IMG/VR virus record: IMGVR_UViG_3300035130_000204 | Source: an uncultured virus (IMG/VR IMGVR_UViG_3300035130_000204) | Lineage: Duplodnaviria > Heunggongvirae > Uroviricota > Caudoviricetes | Length of the DNA stretch: 64,000 nucleotides | Reading direction: 5' to 3' (one strand) | Shown here: piece after piece, positions 62,686-64,000 of the stretch | Numbering within the stretch: the stretch's first letter is position 1 | How the letters are laid out: each line of letters begins with the position of its first letter | Notes under the pieces: generated by a model | What the model was told of the DNA's origin: nothing | The model's input: only the letters and a program-made list of their open reading frames with translations | The model's database searches: none | Made by a program: the position numbers and the translations under genes

Positions 62686-64000
62686 TCAGGCCTCCGGGGC
62701 TTCGCGGACCATTGGCGCCGTCAGGTCCGGGGCGTCAACCTCGGCCTTCGGGCGCCGTGCCTGGCGACGCTTGCCCTTGCCGCGCTTCGGCTCCTTCGTC
62801 GATGCGAGCAGGGCACCCGTCTCGTTGGCCCAGGTCTTCAGAGCCTCGATCTGGGGCGTGTTGGACTGCGGCGTGATGAGCTTGAGCTGGTCGGCCACGT
62901 CCTTGGCCGTCAACTCGCGGCGGTCCTGCTTGAAGCAGCGCCGCACCGCGCGGCTGACAGCCACCTCCAGCTCGGCGCCCGTGTAGCCCTTCGACTTGGC
63001 GGCCAGGTCGGCCACCTCGTCGTCGGTGAGCGTGCGCTTGCGCTTGCGGAGGTGAACGCGCAGGATGGCGGCGCGCTCGGTCGGCGTTGGAAGGTCCACG
63101 AAAAACGAGTAGTCCCACCGGCCGAGGCGCTTCAGCTCAGGCGGCAGGGCGCTCACGTCGTTGGCCGTCGCGAGCACGAGCACCTCCGAGGTGCGGTCCT
63201 GCAGCCAGATCAGCAGAGCGCGCCTGAGCTGGTCCTTGGAACCGGAGTCCAGCTCGCCGCCGGACCCTAGCGCCTTTTCGATTTCGTCGATGGCTAGGAC
63301 GCACGGCGCGAGAGCATCGACAACCCGAAGGGCCGCCATGATCTTGCTGTACGTCTCGCCCACCAGTGAACCCTCGCAGGCACTGGGGTCGAGCATGACC
63401 AGCGGCAGCCCGACCGCAGAGCTGATAGCTCTGCAGCTGAGGCTCTTGCCGCAGCCCGGCACGCCCACGAGCATGATGCCCTTGGGCGCGTCGCAGCCGA
63501 AGTCGCGAGCCTCCTGGCTGAAGGCGTCGCGGTAGTCCTCGGCTGTCGCCTGGAGCACGTCCAGGCCGCCCACGTCGGACATGGACTCGGCCTTGGACAC
63601 GAACTGCACCCCGTCGACCTTGGCAAGCTCCTTGGCCTTGTGGGCCGCGAGCCGCTCCGCGCTAACGGAGCCGCGCTCGGACCGTGCCAGGTCGATCAAA
63701 ATGGCGTCCTTGGCCTCGCGCGCACCGAGGCCCCGGAGGGCATCGGCGCACGCCTCAACGTCGTCGAGCTTGACGGCGCTGTTGGCCGAGTGGATGGCGT
63801 GGAAGGAGTCGCGCACGAGCCGCCGCAGCAGCTCGCGGTCGGGCAAGCCCGGCTCGATGATCGGCACGTCGGCCTTGATGTCGTCGGGCAGGTGCGACTC
63901 GCAGCTCAGGAGCACGAGCCGGCCCCTGGTGCCTCGTAGCCGCCGCGTAGCGTCCTTGATGGCGCGGCGGAAGAAGTCGGAGCGCAGGTGGGTATGGGCA
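62686..64000 (-). CDS. Ycf46-like AAA+ ATPase, 5' end outside window
   Basis: DVGGLDVL, GVPGCGKS, IDEIEK, LATAND, LPPELKRLGRWD, FFVDLPT; frame is open to the window edge. Confidence 0.88.
   Translation of the reverse strand, partial: AHTHLRSDFFRRAIKDATRRLRGTRGRLVLLSCESHLPDDIKADVPIIEPGLPDRELLRRLVRDSFHAIHSANSAVKLDDVEACADALRGLGAREAKDAILIDLARSERGSVSAERLAAHKAKELAKVDGVQFVSKAESMSDVGGLDVLQATAEDYRDAFSQEARDFGCDAPKGIMLVGVPGCGKSLSCRAISSAVGLPLVMLDPSACEGSLVGETYSKIMAALRVVDALAPCVLAIDEIEKALGSGGELDSGSKDQLRRALLIWLQDRTSEVLVLATANDVSALPPELKRLGRWDYSFFVDLPTPTERAAILRVHLRKRKRTLTDDEVADLAAKSKGYTGAELEVAVSRAVRRCFKQDRRELTAKDVADQLKLITPQSNTPQIEALKTWANETGALLASTKEPKRGKGKRRQARRPKAEVDAPDLTAPMVREAPEA

Noticed and set aside
1..64000. 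Stop-codon reassignment
   Set aside because: Recognisable proteins are full length under the standard code and genes end in TAG, TGA and TAA

Overview
This window looks like an internal segment of a large, GC-rich, uncharacterised dsDNA bacterial virus. It is densely packed with short, mostly minus-strand orphan genes, many with CxxC zinc ribbons, and has no housekeeping operons. Capsid, terminase, portal and integrase genes are not recognisable here. Identifiable modules are: (i) a 14.9-30.6 kb block of mosaic fibre/spike-like proteins that includes a poly-gamma-glutamate hydrolase; (ii) a membrane/lysis region with an M23 peptidase; (iii) a replication operon of ParB-DNA methyltransferase fusion, AEP primase and SF2-like helicase; (iv) recombination/repair genes (SSB, Gp3-like protein, DEAH helicase, PD-(D/E)XK nuclease, DenV-like glycosylase); (v) a probable early region ending in a Ycf46-like AAA ATPase. 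The most unusual content is non-coding. The palindrome RTCCTNAGGAY occurs at least 24 times and is often at gene boundaries. A 73-nt tRNA-like element carries that palindrome in place of its anticodon loop. There is also a ~300-nt highly structured intergenic RNA with a putative promoter and terminator, a two-state or pseudoknotted leader before the replication operon, and a second palindromic operator inside four promoters. All calls come from motif recognition by eye; no database searches or folding programs were run.
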